A stretch of DNA of 64,000 nt from an uncultured Acetatifactor sp. (lineage in GTDB: Bacteria; Bacillota; Clostridia; Lachnospirales; Lachnospiraceae): positions 22,253 to 86,252 of the forward strand of contig CAJUGH010000015.1 of NCBI GenBank assembly GCA_910586215.1. Reading direction: 5' to 3'. The translations under genes were made by a program, and so were the position numbers. This document shows positions 54,911 to 62,852 of this stretch, one piece after another. The notes beneath the pieces are model-generated. The model made no database searches and was not told where the DNA came from. It saw only the letters and a list, made by a program, of their open reading frames with translations. Within the stretch, counting starts at the first letter, position 1. Every line of letters begins with the position of its first letter.

Positions 54911-55465
54911 ATGTCTATGGAAGATTCGGGGATTGTGGCGCTGTATTTTGAACGGTCAGAACGGGCACTTTTGGAGACAGAACGGAAATACGGCGCATTC
55001 CTGCACCAGGTGGCGTACAATATCCTGCACAACCTCTGTGACACGGAAGAAATCATCAACGACACATACATGGGTGCCTGGAAAGCCATGCCGCCTACCA
55101 GGCCGGATAACCTAAAACACTTTCTCTCCCGCATTACGCGGAATCTGTCCTTCGACAGGCTGGATTACCTGCATGCGGGGAAGCGGCAGGCGCTGTTTGT
55201 GGAACTGGATGACTGCATCCCGGATGGGAGGAGCGATATGGAGGATATGTGGGAAGCCAGGGAGATCGGCAGGGTGCTGAACAAATTCCTGGGAACACTG
55301 GATGCCAGGGATTGTGCCGTGTTCCTGGCCAGGTACTACTATGCCTATTCCATCAAAGAGGTAGCGGACCAGTATGCCCTTCCTGTGCGCCGGGTGAAGT
55401 ACCTGTTGTCCAAGACCAGGAAGAAGCTGCAGGATTTCCTGGCCAGTGAGGGGGTGGTGCTGTGA
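54911..55465 (+). CDS. ECF-type sigma-70 family RNA polymerase sigma factor
   Basis: Region 2 (YGAFLHQVAYNIL...EEIINDTYMGAW) and region 4 (YSIKEVADQYALPVRRVKYLL). Confidence 0.85.
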   Translation: MSMEDSGIVALYFERSERALLETERKYGAFLHQVAYNILHNLCDTEEIINDTYMGAWKAMPPTRPDNLKHFLSRITRNLSFDRLDYLHAGKRQALFVELDDCIPDGRSDMEDMWEAREIGRVLNKFLGTLDARDCAVFLARYYYAYSIKEVADQYALPVRRVKYLLSKTRKKLQDFLASEGVVL

Positions 55466-57207
55466 GGAATAGGGAAGGGTGGGACGATTCCGGGAAGGAT
55501 CTAAGGACAGCCAGGCTGAATGAAGCCTTCCAGTATATAGATGACAGGTTCCTGGATCTGGTGGAGCAGGAGAGGCGGTCTGGGCACAAACCGGGGAATC
55601 GCCAGGGGAAGAGGACTTCCGGGACAGGGAAAGAACCCGGCTCCAGGAGACACACCTGGGCTGTGCTGGGAGCAGCGGCGGCCTGTTTCCTGGTACTGCT
55701 GGTACTCCCAGCGGGGGTAATCGCCAAAGACTGGCTGGGACTGCGCAGCCTCCTGCTGCCAGGAATGAGTGGGGGGCAGGAAAGAGGGGAGGAGATACTG
55801 GCCGGATACCTGGAGAGTCCGGGGGTGCAGGCGGCTGCCCAGTGGAATGCGCTCTTACAGGAACAGGATGCATCTTGCAGCAACGGGAAGGAAGAGGTAG
55901 GGACGAAGAATGCAGGGACGGGTAATCCAGGAGCGGGAGACCCTGGGGATAGTACAGAGAGTTTCTGGCCCAGTGCCTGGACAGTATACGGGGTATCTGA
56001 CCGGGAACTGGGAGAAAAGCTGAATGACATAGCGGTCCGGTATGGTCTGCTGCTCCATGAGGGAAAAAGCGTGATTACCCTGGAGGAACTGGAACAGATA
56101 ATAGGGGGAAGATTCCTGGGGGGAATCCAGCCAGGGAAGGGTACAGAGGAATGCATTCTGTATGAGGATGGCTCTTTTGCCTTTACCGGGGAGACTGCCC
56201 TGAAGGGATACGGTACAGTGGAATTCTGGTTCTGCCGGGCTGGCAAGCGTTTCCTCCAGGAGAACCTGCCCCTGGCAGGCAGTGACGGGAACTATGCCTG
56301 TAAGCTGTATGAAAATGCAGGTGGGGAACCTGTGCTGCTTGTGTGGAATGACCAGTCGGCCCTGGTTCTGGCAGAGTATACAACCTGGTATGTGGCCGTG
56401 GAAATGGAGCCTGTCCCAGGGCATTCCCCGGAGGCGGGCCTGCGGGAACTGGCAGACAGAATGGATTTCACCAACATAAAGTATGGAGCGATTCCCGGAG
56501 TCCAGGGATATGTGGAACTGCCAGGGGAGGTGGAGATCGGGGTCTCCGGTTATGGGGACAGTCCGGAGGCGAAGGCCCTGGCTGAGTGGCAGGAGTTTCT
56601 GGACGGATACGATGTAGACGGCAGGGTGCTGGAGCAGGCACCATGCATTTTCTATGCGGAAGGACGCAACGACTGGTATCAGTACAATGTCTATTCCTAT
56701 GAAATGGGGGAAAAGCTGGATGAGATTGCCCGGAAGTATGGGCTGAAGCTGCATACGGATATGGGAATCATGGAACCGGAAGAGATGGAGCGGCAGGTCG
56801 GGGGAAGCTTCCTGTCAGAAGACTGTATATCTTATTGGGGCTATATGTATGAAGACGGGAGCTTTCACATGGATGGGGCAGCCATGGTGGTGCCAGGCCA
56901 GCTCACGGATTTCCAACTGAGGCGTGCCGTGAAGGGAACCCTGGATGAGGTCGCCTTGAATGTGGGGCGGCTGGAGGATTACCAGGAGTGGCAGTATCTG
57001 ACAGAAGGGGGGGAGTGGGTGCTGCTGGTTCTGGGGCCGTATAAAGCCATGGTTTTCGGGAATTTTGAGGAGTGTTTTGTCTCCGTGAATGTGCTGTCGG
57101 GAACTGTGGACGGGATCACCCAGGAGAACCTGCAGGAACTGGCAGAGAAGATCCGGTTTAGGGTGTTGCGGAAGATCCAGGTGCCGGATCTGGGCCAGGA
57201 ACCATGA
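55462..57207 (+). CDS. anti-sigma-factor-like single-pass membrane protein with duplicated extracytoplasmic domain
   Basis: GTGA overlap with the sigma gene. One TM (WAVLGAAAACFLVLLVLPAGVI). Two homologous about 150-aa repeats follow (GEKL..IA.(R/K)YGL.LH...GG.FL...YEDGSF). Confidence 0.65.
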   Translation: MRNREGWDDSGKDLRTARLNEAFQYIDDRFLDLVEQERRSGHKPGNRQGKRTSGTGKEPGSRRHTWAVLGAAAACFLVLLVLPAGVIAKDWLGLRSLLLPGMSGGQERGEEILAGYLESPGVQAAAQWNALLQEQDASCSNGKEEVGTKNAGTGNPGAGDPGDSTESFWPSAWTVYGVSDRELGEKLNDIAVRYGLLLHEGKSVITLEELEQIIGGRFLGGIQPGKGTEECILYEDGSFAFTGETALKGYGTVEFWFCRAGKRFLQENLPLAGSDGNYACKLYENAGGEPVLLVWNDQSALVLAEYTTWYVAVEMEPVPGHSPEAGLRELADRMDFTNIKYGAIPGVQGYVELPGEVEIGVSGYGDSPEAKALAEWQEFLDGYDVDGRVLEQAPCIFYAEGRNDWYQYNVYSYEMGEKLDEIARKYGLKLHTDMGIMEPEEMERQVGGSFLSEDCISYWGYMYEDGSFHMDGAAMVVPGQLTDFQLRRAVKGTLDEVALNVGRLEDYQEWQYLTEGGEWVLLVLGPYKAMVFGNFEECFVSVNVLSGTVDGITQENLQELAEKIRFRVLRKIQVPDLGQEP

Positions 57208-57268
57208 ACAGGAAAAGTTTTGTCTGGAAAGTGAACGCCTCTCTTTCAGCGCACATGGGGGGATACGA

Positions 57269-57643
57269 ATGGAAAAAGGAAGGGGAGATTTCCCGCTGGA
57301 TTGGGAAAGGACAGGAAAGAAGGAAGAGGTCAGTGGGAGCAGCGGGAAAGTTTTTAAGGTGGAAGGACTGCTCCTGGATGATTTGCACAGGATGGTGATG
57401 GTGAACCAGGGGGAAGTGCGGCTTACCCCCATAGAATATGAGATCCTGCGGCTCTTGATCATGGAGCGGGGTAAGGTATTCTCCAGCGATGAGATCTATA
57501 GGAAGGTGTGGAATCTGCGCCCGGTGCGGGTGGATAACACCATAGCAGTGCATGTCCGGCATATACGGGAGAAGATCGAGGCAGATCCTGCCAGGCCACA
57601 GTACTTGAAGGCAGTGTGGGGCAGGGGATATATGGTGGGGTAG
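57269..57643 (+). CDS. stand-alone OmpR/PhoB-type winged-helix DNA-binding protein (no receiver domain)
   Basis: LTPIEYEILRLLIMERGKVFSSDEIYRKVW...IAVHVRHIREKIE...YLKAVWGRGY. Only about 30 residues lie upstream of the domain. GGGGGG lies 6 nt before the ATG. Confidence 0.6.
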   Translation: MEKGRGDFPLDWERTGKKEEVSGSSGKVFKVEGLLLDDLHRMVMVNQGEVRLTPIEYEILRLLIMERGKVFSSDEIYRKVWNLRPVRVDNTIAVHVRHIREKIEADPARPQYLKAVWGRGYMVG

Positions 57644-57651
57644 ACACGGCT

Positions 57652-58041
57652 TCATGTCTCGTGGTCGGCCAGGAAGGGATCCCCGATGTCCAGGCGGACA
57701 GGGGGGCTCTGGGGTATAGGGGAAGGGGTAGCCTGGCTGGGGCCGGGTTTGAAAGGATCCAGAGTAGATTCTGTGACAGGTACAGGTGGCAGGGGCATCT
57801 GGACAGTCTGGCCCGGAGCAGGGCATATTGGGGCAGGAGGACAGCCGTGGGGACAGTCCTCCTGCCCCAATTGTCTACAGAATTGCAGGTTGGCCCGGAT
57901 CAGATTGTACTGTAGCAGGAACTTCAAGGCCTGGGAGAGACCTGCGGGGGTGTCGCAGTCCACTTCGCATATGTCCTTGAGGGAATGGGAGAGATTCAGG
58001 ATATCAATGGAGGAGATTGCCATGGCTGCCACACTTCTCAT
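57652..58041 (-). CDS. hypothetical protein with Pro-rich C-terminus
   Basis: Intact 129-aa ORF with an AGGAAAG RBS-like motif. No family recognised. Confidence 0.35.
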   Translation of the reverse strand: MRSVAAMAISSIDILNLSHSLKDICEVDCDTPAGLSQALKFLLQYNLIRANLQFCRQLGQEDCPHGCPPAPICPAPGQTVQMPLPPVPVTESTLDPFKPGPSQATPSPIPQSPPVRLDIGDPFLADHET

Positions 58042-58219
58042 GTCTTTCCTGTTACTTTATGCAGATGGGCTTGTCTGGGTACCGCTGATTGCCTGGTTAT
58101 GCCAATGGTGTAGTGCTTTTTGGGAGGGCGGGTGTTTGGGGCACGGTGTGAAATGGGGATAGTTTTTTGGTAGCCAGAATGCTATAATTGTCCTATCAAC
58201 CAGAAAGAAGGGAAGAAGC

Positions 58220-58633
58220 ATGTGGTTTGTGTTTGCGTTGCTGTCCGCGGTTTTTGCCGCCCTTACCTCTATATTTGCCAAGATCGGCATTGACGGGGTG
58301 AATTCCAACCTGGCTACAGCCATCCGCACTACCGTGGTCCTGGCCATGGCCTGGGGGATGGTGTTTCTGACAAAAACCCAGGGTGGGATCATTGCCATCA
58401 GCAGGAAGAGCTGGATCTTCCTTATTATCTCCGGGCTGGCTACAGGGGCTTCCTGGCTGTGCTATTACAGGGCTATCCAGATGGGGGAGGTGTCAAAGGT
58501 AGTGCCCATTGACAAGCTGAGTGTGGTGATCACCCTGGCGCTGGCCTTTTTGTTCCTCCATGAGCAATTTACCGTAAAATCCCTGGTGGGGTGTGTGCTA
58601 ATCGGGGCAGGGACGCTGGTGATGGTGCTTTGA
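58220..58633 (+). CDS. EamA-like (DMT superfamily) small transporter
   Basis: 137 aa, 4-5 TM. The ALLSAVFAALTSIFAKIG start is typical of half-size EamA proteins. Confidence 0.75.
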   Translation: MWFVFALLSAVFAALTSIFAKIGIDGVNSNLATAIRTTVVLAMAWGMVFLTKTQGGIIAISRKSWIFLIISGLATGASWLCYYRAIQMGEVSKVVPIDKLSVVITLALAFLFLHEQFTVKSLVGCVLIGAGTLVMVL

Positions 58634-58725
58634 TTTCATCCATTGTTTGTGCCGATTGCATCGGCATAACAGAATGTGTGAAGGAAAGGAAGATTTTCTA
58701 AGGAATAAAAAGGGAAAACGATACG

Positions 58726-60570
58726 ATGGAGAAATGGTATGTGGCGGCCAAGAAGGCCGATTTTGACAAATGGGCGGCAGACTTCCGGATCAGCCCTGTG
58801 GTAGCCAGGATCCTGCGGAACCGGGATCTGACGGAGGAAGGACAGGTGCGGGCTTTCCTGTATGGTACCCTTGCGGACTGCCATTCCCCCTGGCTGCTGA
58901 AAGATATGGACAAGGCGGTGGGATATCTTCTGGAAGCAGTGGAGGCAGGAACCTATATCCGGGTGATCGGGGATTATGATGTGGACGGGATCTGTTCTGC
59001 CTACATCCTTACGAGAGGCCTACAGTTTCTGGGAGCAAAGGTGGATACGGCGATTCCTCACCGCATCCACGACGGCTATGGACTCAATGACCACTTGATA
59101 CAGGAGGCGAAGGAGGACGGGGTGGGCATGATCCTCACCTGTGACAACGGGATCGCCGCCGCTTCCCAGATCTCCCTGGCGCATTCCCTGGGGATCCAGG
59201 TGATTGTGACGGATCATCACGAAGTGCCGTTTTCCATGGAGGAGACGGGGAAAACCCAGGAGAATGGGGCGGCGGATGGCGGGAGGGGGTCGGATGACGG
59301 GAAAGCACCAGATGGCGGGGCAGGGAGGATCCGCCGGGAACTGCTGCCCCCGGCCCTGGCGGTGATTGATCCCAAGCAGGCGGCCTGTAGCTATCCCTTT
59401 CCAGGGATCTGCGGCGGTACAGTGGCCTATAAACTGGTGCAGGCCCTGGCGGAGAAGACAGGAAATGACAGTCTGTGGGAGTCCATGTCAGAACTGCTGG
59501 AATTTGCGGCCCTGGCAACGGTGTGCGATGTGATGGAGCTGAAGGATGAGAACCGGATCCTGGTGAAGGAAGGACTGGGCCGCATGCGTCAGACCGCAAA
59601 TCTGGGACTCCGCGCCTTGATGGAGGTCAATGGGATCCAGCCGGGACGTCTGGATGCCTATCATCTGGGATTTGTGCTGGGTCCCTGCCTCAATGCCACA
59701 GGACGGCTGGACACTGCCAGACGTGCCCTGGAACTGTTACAGAGTACTTCCCTGGCAGAGGCCATGGAGGCAGCCAGGGAGTTGAAAGACCTCAATGACA
59801 GCCGCAAACACCTGACCACCCAGGGGGTGGAAGCGGCCCAGGCTTACCTGCAGCAGCACCGGATGACAGGGGACAAGGTCATGCTGGTCTTCCTGCCGGA
59901 TGTCCATGAGAGCCTGGCAGGGATCATTGCAGGGCGGATCCGGGAGAAGTATAACCATCCGGTTTTTGTACTGACCAGGGCAGAGGAAGGTGTGAAAGGT
60001 TCTGGCCGTTCTATTGAAGGATACCATATGTACGAGGCTATGACCCAGGTGGGACAGTACTTTACCAAGTTCGGGGGACATGCCATGGCAGCAGGGCTGT
60101 CCATGCGGGAAGAGGATATAGAAGCCCTGCGCAGGGAACTGAATGCCAGGTGTACCTTGGCAGAGGAAGATTTTGTGCCAAGAGTACATATTGATGTACC
60201 CATGCCCATAGATTATGGGGATGAGAAGCTGGCGGAGGAGCTGGAATTGCTCCAGCCCTTTGGCGTAGGGAACCCTAAACCTTTGTTTGCACAGAAAGAC
60301 CTGGTTTTCCTGGCAGGCAGCAGGATGGGGGCAAACAAGAATTTTGCCAGGTTCCGGGTGCAGACGCCGGCAGGTAATATCCGGCAACTGGTATATTTCG
60401 GGGATCTGGATGCCTTTGGCGCTTTCCTGGAGGAGAAGCATGGACCGGGAAGTGAGGAGGCCCTGTACAATGGAAAGGCGCATTTTCCGGTATCTGTGGT
60501 ATATCAGATGGGAAAGAATACCTACCGGGGCGTGACGGAAGTGCAGTATGTGATGCAGCACTATTGCTGA
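58726..60570 (+). CDS. recJ: single-stranded-DNA-specific exonuclease RecJ
   Basis: DHH motifs IGDYDVDGI, TCDNG, VTDHHEV. DHHA1 region GGHAMAAG. Confidence 0.93.
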   Translation: MEKWYVAAKKADFDKWAADFRISPVVARILRNRDLTEEGQVRAFLYGTLADCHSPWLLKDMDKAVGYLLEAVEAGTYIRVIGDYDVDGICSAYILTRGLQFLGAKVDTAIPHRIHDGYGLNDHLIQEAKEDGVGMILTCDNGIAAASQISLAHSLGIQVIVTDHHEVPFSMEETGKTQENGAADGGRGSDDGKAPDGGAGRIRRELLPPALAVIDPKQAACSYPFPGICGGTVAYKLVQALAEKTGNDSLWESMSELLEFAALATVCDVMELKDENRILVKEGLGRMRQTANLGLRALMEVNGIQPGRLDAYHLGFVLGPCLNATGRLDTARRALELLQSTSLAEAMEAARELKDLNDSRKHLTTQGVEAAQAYLQQHRMTGDKVMLVFLPDVHESLAGIIAGRIREKYNHPVFVLTRAEEGVKGSGRSIEGYHMYEAMTQVGQYFTKFGGHAMAAGLSMREEDIEALRRELNARCTLAEEDFVPRVHIDVPMPIDYGDEKLAEELELLQPFGVGNPKPLFAQKDLVFLAGSRMGANKNFARFRVQTPAGNIRQLVYFGDLDAFGAFLEEKHGPGSEEALYNGKAHFPVSVVYQMGKNTYRGVTEVQYVMQHYC

Positions 60571-60709
60571 GCAGGGCTGTGGGAAGGAACCGTCTTTATG
60601 CCACTTTCATACATAGTTTATGTTTTTCTTAGAAAACGGACACAGAATGAACACAATTCTTCTGTAAGATAAGCCTTAGATAGTTGATGTAGAAATCACT
60701 ATCTCCCCC

Positions 60710-60765
60710 CTCATAAGAAGCAGAATCCCCCTGGTGAAAGCCAGGGGGATTCTGCTTCTTATGAG
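60710..60765. repeat. perfect 25-bp inverted repeat (6-nt loop) between convergent genes
   Basis: CTCATAAGAAGCAGAATCCCCCTGG-TGAAAG-CCAGGGGGATTCTGCTTCTTATGAG. No flanking T or A tract. Confidence 0.85.
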
Positions 60766-60833
60766 TTGCCGGCATGTGGGACAAGCCTTGTGGAGTACCG
60801 GGGGTTGTCCCTGACTGCAATTGGAAGGGCTTA

Positions 60834-61200
60834 TCACCTGGCCGGCATCTGAAAATCTACCAGTGCTTTGTTCAAGTAATCGTTAAAAGGTTTCATGATG
60901 CGAAAAAGCGCGGTTGCTTTTGTGAGAAAGGCCTCAGCATCCTGTAGCTCTTCATCTGCGATGGGATATTCCAGATACCAGCTTTTATACTTCAAATATT
61001 CTGCCTGCGGATGGCTCTTGTCATATCCGGCTGGGACATTTTTCAGTGCCGCTCCATGTACGGAGAAATATTTCTGGAATTCCGGGTCTTTGATAATGGC
61101 TTCTAATTCTTTTCCGTTTGGTACGATGTAGTCCCGTACCATGGTGGTTGCCTCCTTGAACATATCTGCAAACAGACCACCACCTAAAAAGGACTGGTAA
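60834..61200 (-). pseudogene. DUF2461 (TIGR02453) family protein, N-terminally truncated
   Basis: Only the C-terminal half is present (..SFLGGGLFADM...AGYDKSHPQAEYLKYKSWYLEYP...). The reading frame continues upstream without family similarity or a start. Confidence 0.55.
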
Positions 61201-61255
61201 GTGCCAGGTCTCTCTGGGTAAGGTTGTGCTGTTTTCTTCGCTCCTTCAGATTCAC
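61184..61255 (-). pseudogene. XRE-family HTH regulator, 5' remnant (23 codons)
   Basis: GGGAGG RBS, then (ATG)TG-AATCTGAAGGAG... encoding VNLKERRKQHNLTQRDLA, which terminates out of frame inside the DUF2461 remnant. Confidence 0.35.
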
Positions 61256-61377
61256 ATGGATACCTCCCTTTGTACTTTGCCAGAAGATAAAAAGCTGACT
61301 TTAGTATACGCCTTTTCGCGTATGCCGGTTAGGGGGATTTTGAATTGTGAGATTATATGGAATAGAGTATGTTATTG

Positions 61378-61478
61378 TTCACTTGTGCCACCGCAAGGTG
61401 TTGTCACGCGCTTCCGGCGTGACAAACCCGAGACTGCCGTGCAGTGCATCTGTTGCTGTGAACGGAGTGAACAGTAAC
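61378..61478 (+). repeat. intergenic repeat element, copy B
   Basis: See copy A. Core at 61396-61437. It lacks the 32-nt hairpin insert present in copy A. Confidence 0.65.
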
Positions 61479-61597
61479 CAGGGTATCATTTGGATGATAT
61501 GGTCAGAAAGGATGAACCAGACAAACTGGTGCAAGCATGGACAGGACTTTTAGGGCATGATACACTATAATCAGTATAACAGGCAGGAGGAAACAAA

Positions 61598-62515
61598 GTG
61601 ATGATCCAACTGATACAGCAGGCAATACACTATATGGAAGAGCACATATGCGAAGACCTCCGTTTTACTGACGTGGCAAAACATGTACACATGTCAAGTT
61701 ATCAGTTTCACCGGACCTTCCGTTTTCTTGCAGGAATGACAGCCAATGAATACATCCGGAAGAGGCGCCTGTCATTGGCGGCCAGGGAACTGCAGACTAC
61801 AAAATGTTCGGTGATAGATGTGGCATATAAGTACGGCTATGAATCGCCGGAAAGCTTCTCGAAGGCTTTTTTACGGTTTCACGGTGTAACGCCTAAGCAG
61901 GCAAAGCAAAAAGGCACAAAACTACACTTGTTTAATCCGCTTGTCATAAAAATCATACTGGAAGGTGGTAGCGTTATGGATTATAGAATTGAGCATAGGC
62001 AGAAGCAGCAGTTCCTTGCACTGGTAAGGGATTTCCCCAACGAAATAACCAATGATGACCAGGATCACAGTATCCCCGACTTCTGGTCAGAATGTTCCGG
62101 GAAGAACCTGATTGGCCCCATGCAGCAGCTCAGGGTGGAAGGGAAAAGGGATCTATATGGCCTGTGCGCCCCCGTCAGAGACAGTGAGACCCATTTCCGC
62201 TATGGGATCGGTATCCTGGTTGACGGGGACACGGATGTCACCAGACTGGAGTATTTTACGGAAAACGGCTATACGATCTGGGAGACGGATCCTGCAGATT
62301 ATGCCGTGTTCCAGTGCTTTGGACCTAACGGCGATTGCCTGGGAGAGACCTGGAGTAAGTTTTTCAAGGAGTTCGTGCCCCAGACAGGCTATGAGCAGAC
62401 GGACGATGCGGACTATGAGATTTACTTCGAAAAAGGAGAGAAGGGACTGTTCTGTGAACTGTGGGTTCCTGTAAGACAGATAGCAGAAAACCAAGCAGGA
62501 AAGGCAACGGTCTAG
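61598..62515 (+). CDS. AraC-family transcriptional regulator with GyrI-like effector-binding domain
   Basis: Two HTH motifs (FTDVAKHVHMSSYQFHRTF; VIDVAYKYGYESPESFSKAF) followed by a GyrI-like C-terminal half. The ATG at 61601 is an alternative start. Confidence 0.88.
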   Translation: MMIQLIQQAIHYMEEHICEDLRFTDVAKHVHMSSYQFHRTFRFLAGMTANEYIRKRRLSLAARELQTTKCSVIDVAYKYGYESPESFSKAFLRFHGVTPKQAKQKGTKLHLFNPLVIKIILEGGSVMDYRIEHRQKQQFLALVRDFPNEITNDDQDHSIPDFWSECSGKNLIGPMQQLRVEGKRDLYGLCAPVRDSETHFRYGIGILVDGDTDVTRLEYFTENGYTIWETDPADYAVFQCFGPNGDCLGETWSKFFKEFVPQTGYEQTDDADYEIYFEKGEKGLFCELWVPVRQIAENQAGKATV

Positions 62516-62518
62516 GTC

Positions 62519-62547
62519 TTGACAACTCCTGGCGGGAATGGTATCAT
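62519..62547 (+). promoter_or_regulatory. sigma-70 promoter of the thrS T-box leader
   Basis: TTGACA (62519-62524), 17-nt spacer, TATCAT (62542-62547). Confidence 0.6.
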
Positions 62548-62554
62548 GGGTACC

Positions 62555-62815
62555 AGGTCAACATAAGGAAAAGCGATGACGGAAACGAGTAGCATAGGAA
62601 GAGCAGACAGAGAGGGCATCATCTGGTGGAAGATGCCTATGTGGATCTTATGTGAAAACCATTCCCAAGCTGTAATACAGAAAGTAGAGTAAGTATTACC
62701 GTATACCTGCGTTAAAGGTTAGGGTTTGATAGAATCCGAAGTGAAAAATTGAGGTGGAACCGTGCGATATGCACCCTTAAAGATACAGTGAACGTGTCTT
62801 TAAGGGTGTTTTCTT
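62555..62815 (+). promoter_or_regulatory. T-box riboswitch leader, Thr (ACC) specifier
   Basis: AGAGA/GGTGGAAG stem I elements. Specifier-loop GAAAACCA with ACC at 62658-62660. T-box AATTGAGGTGGAACCGTGCG at 62747-62766. Terminator CACCCTTAAAGA / TCTTTAAGGGTG plus a T run at 62772-62814. Confidence 0.85.
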
Positions 62816-62852
62816 ATGTGGACTTAAAATCAAATGGAAGAGAGGAAATAAA

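Noticed and set aside
42040-61478. The two copies of the intergenic repeat as att sites bounding a 19-kb integrated element
   Set aside because: The interval contains no integrase or mobility genes and includes the core gene recJ. The repeats are structured elements with internal indels rather than short exact duplications.
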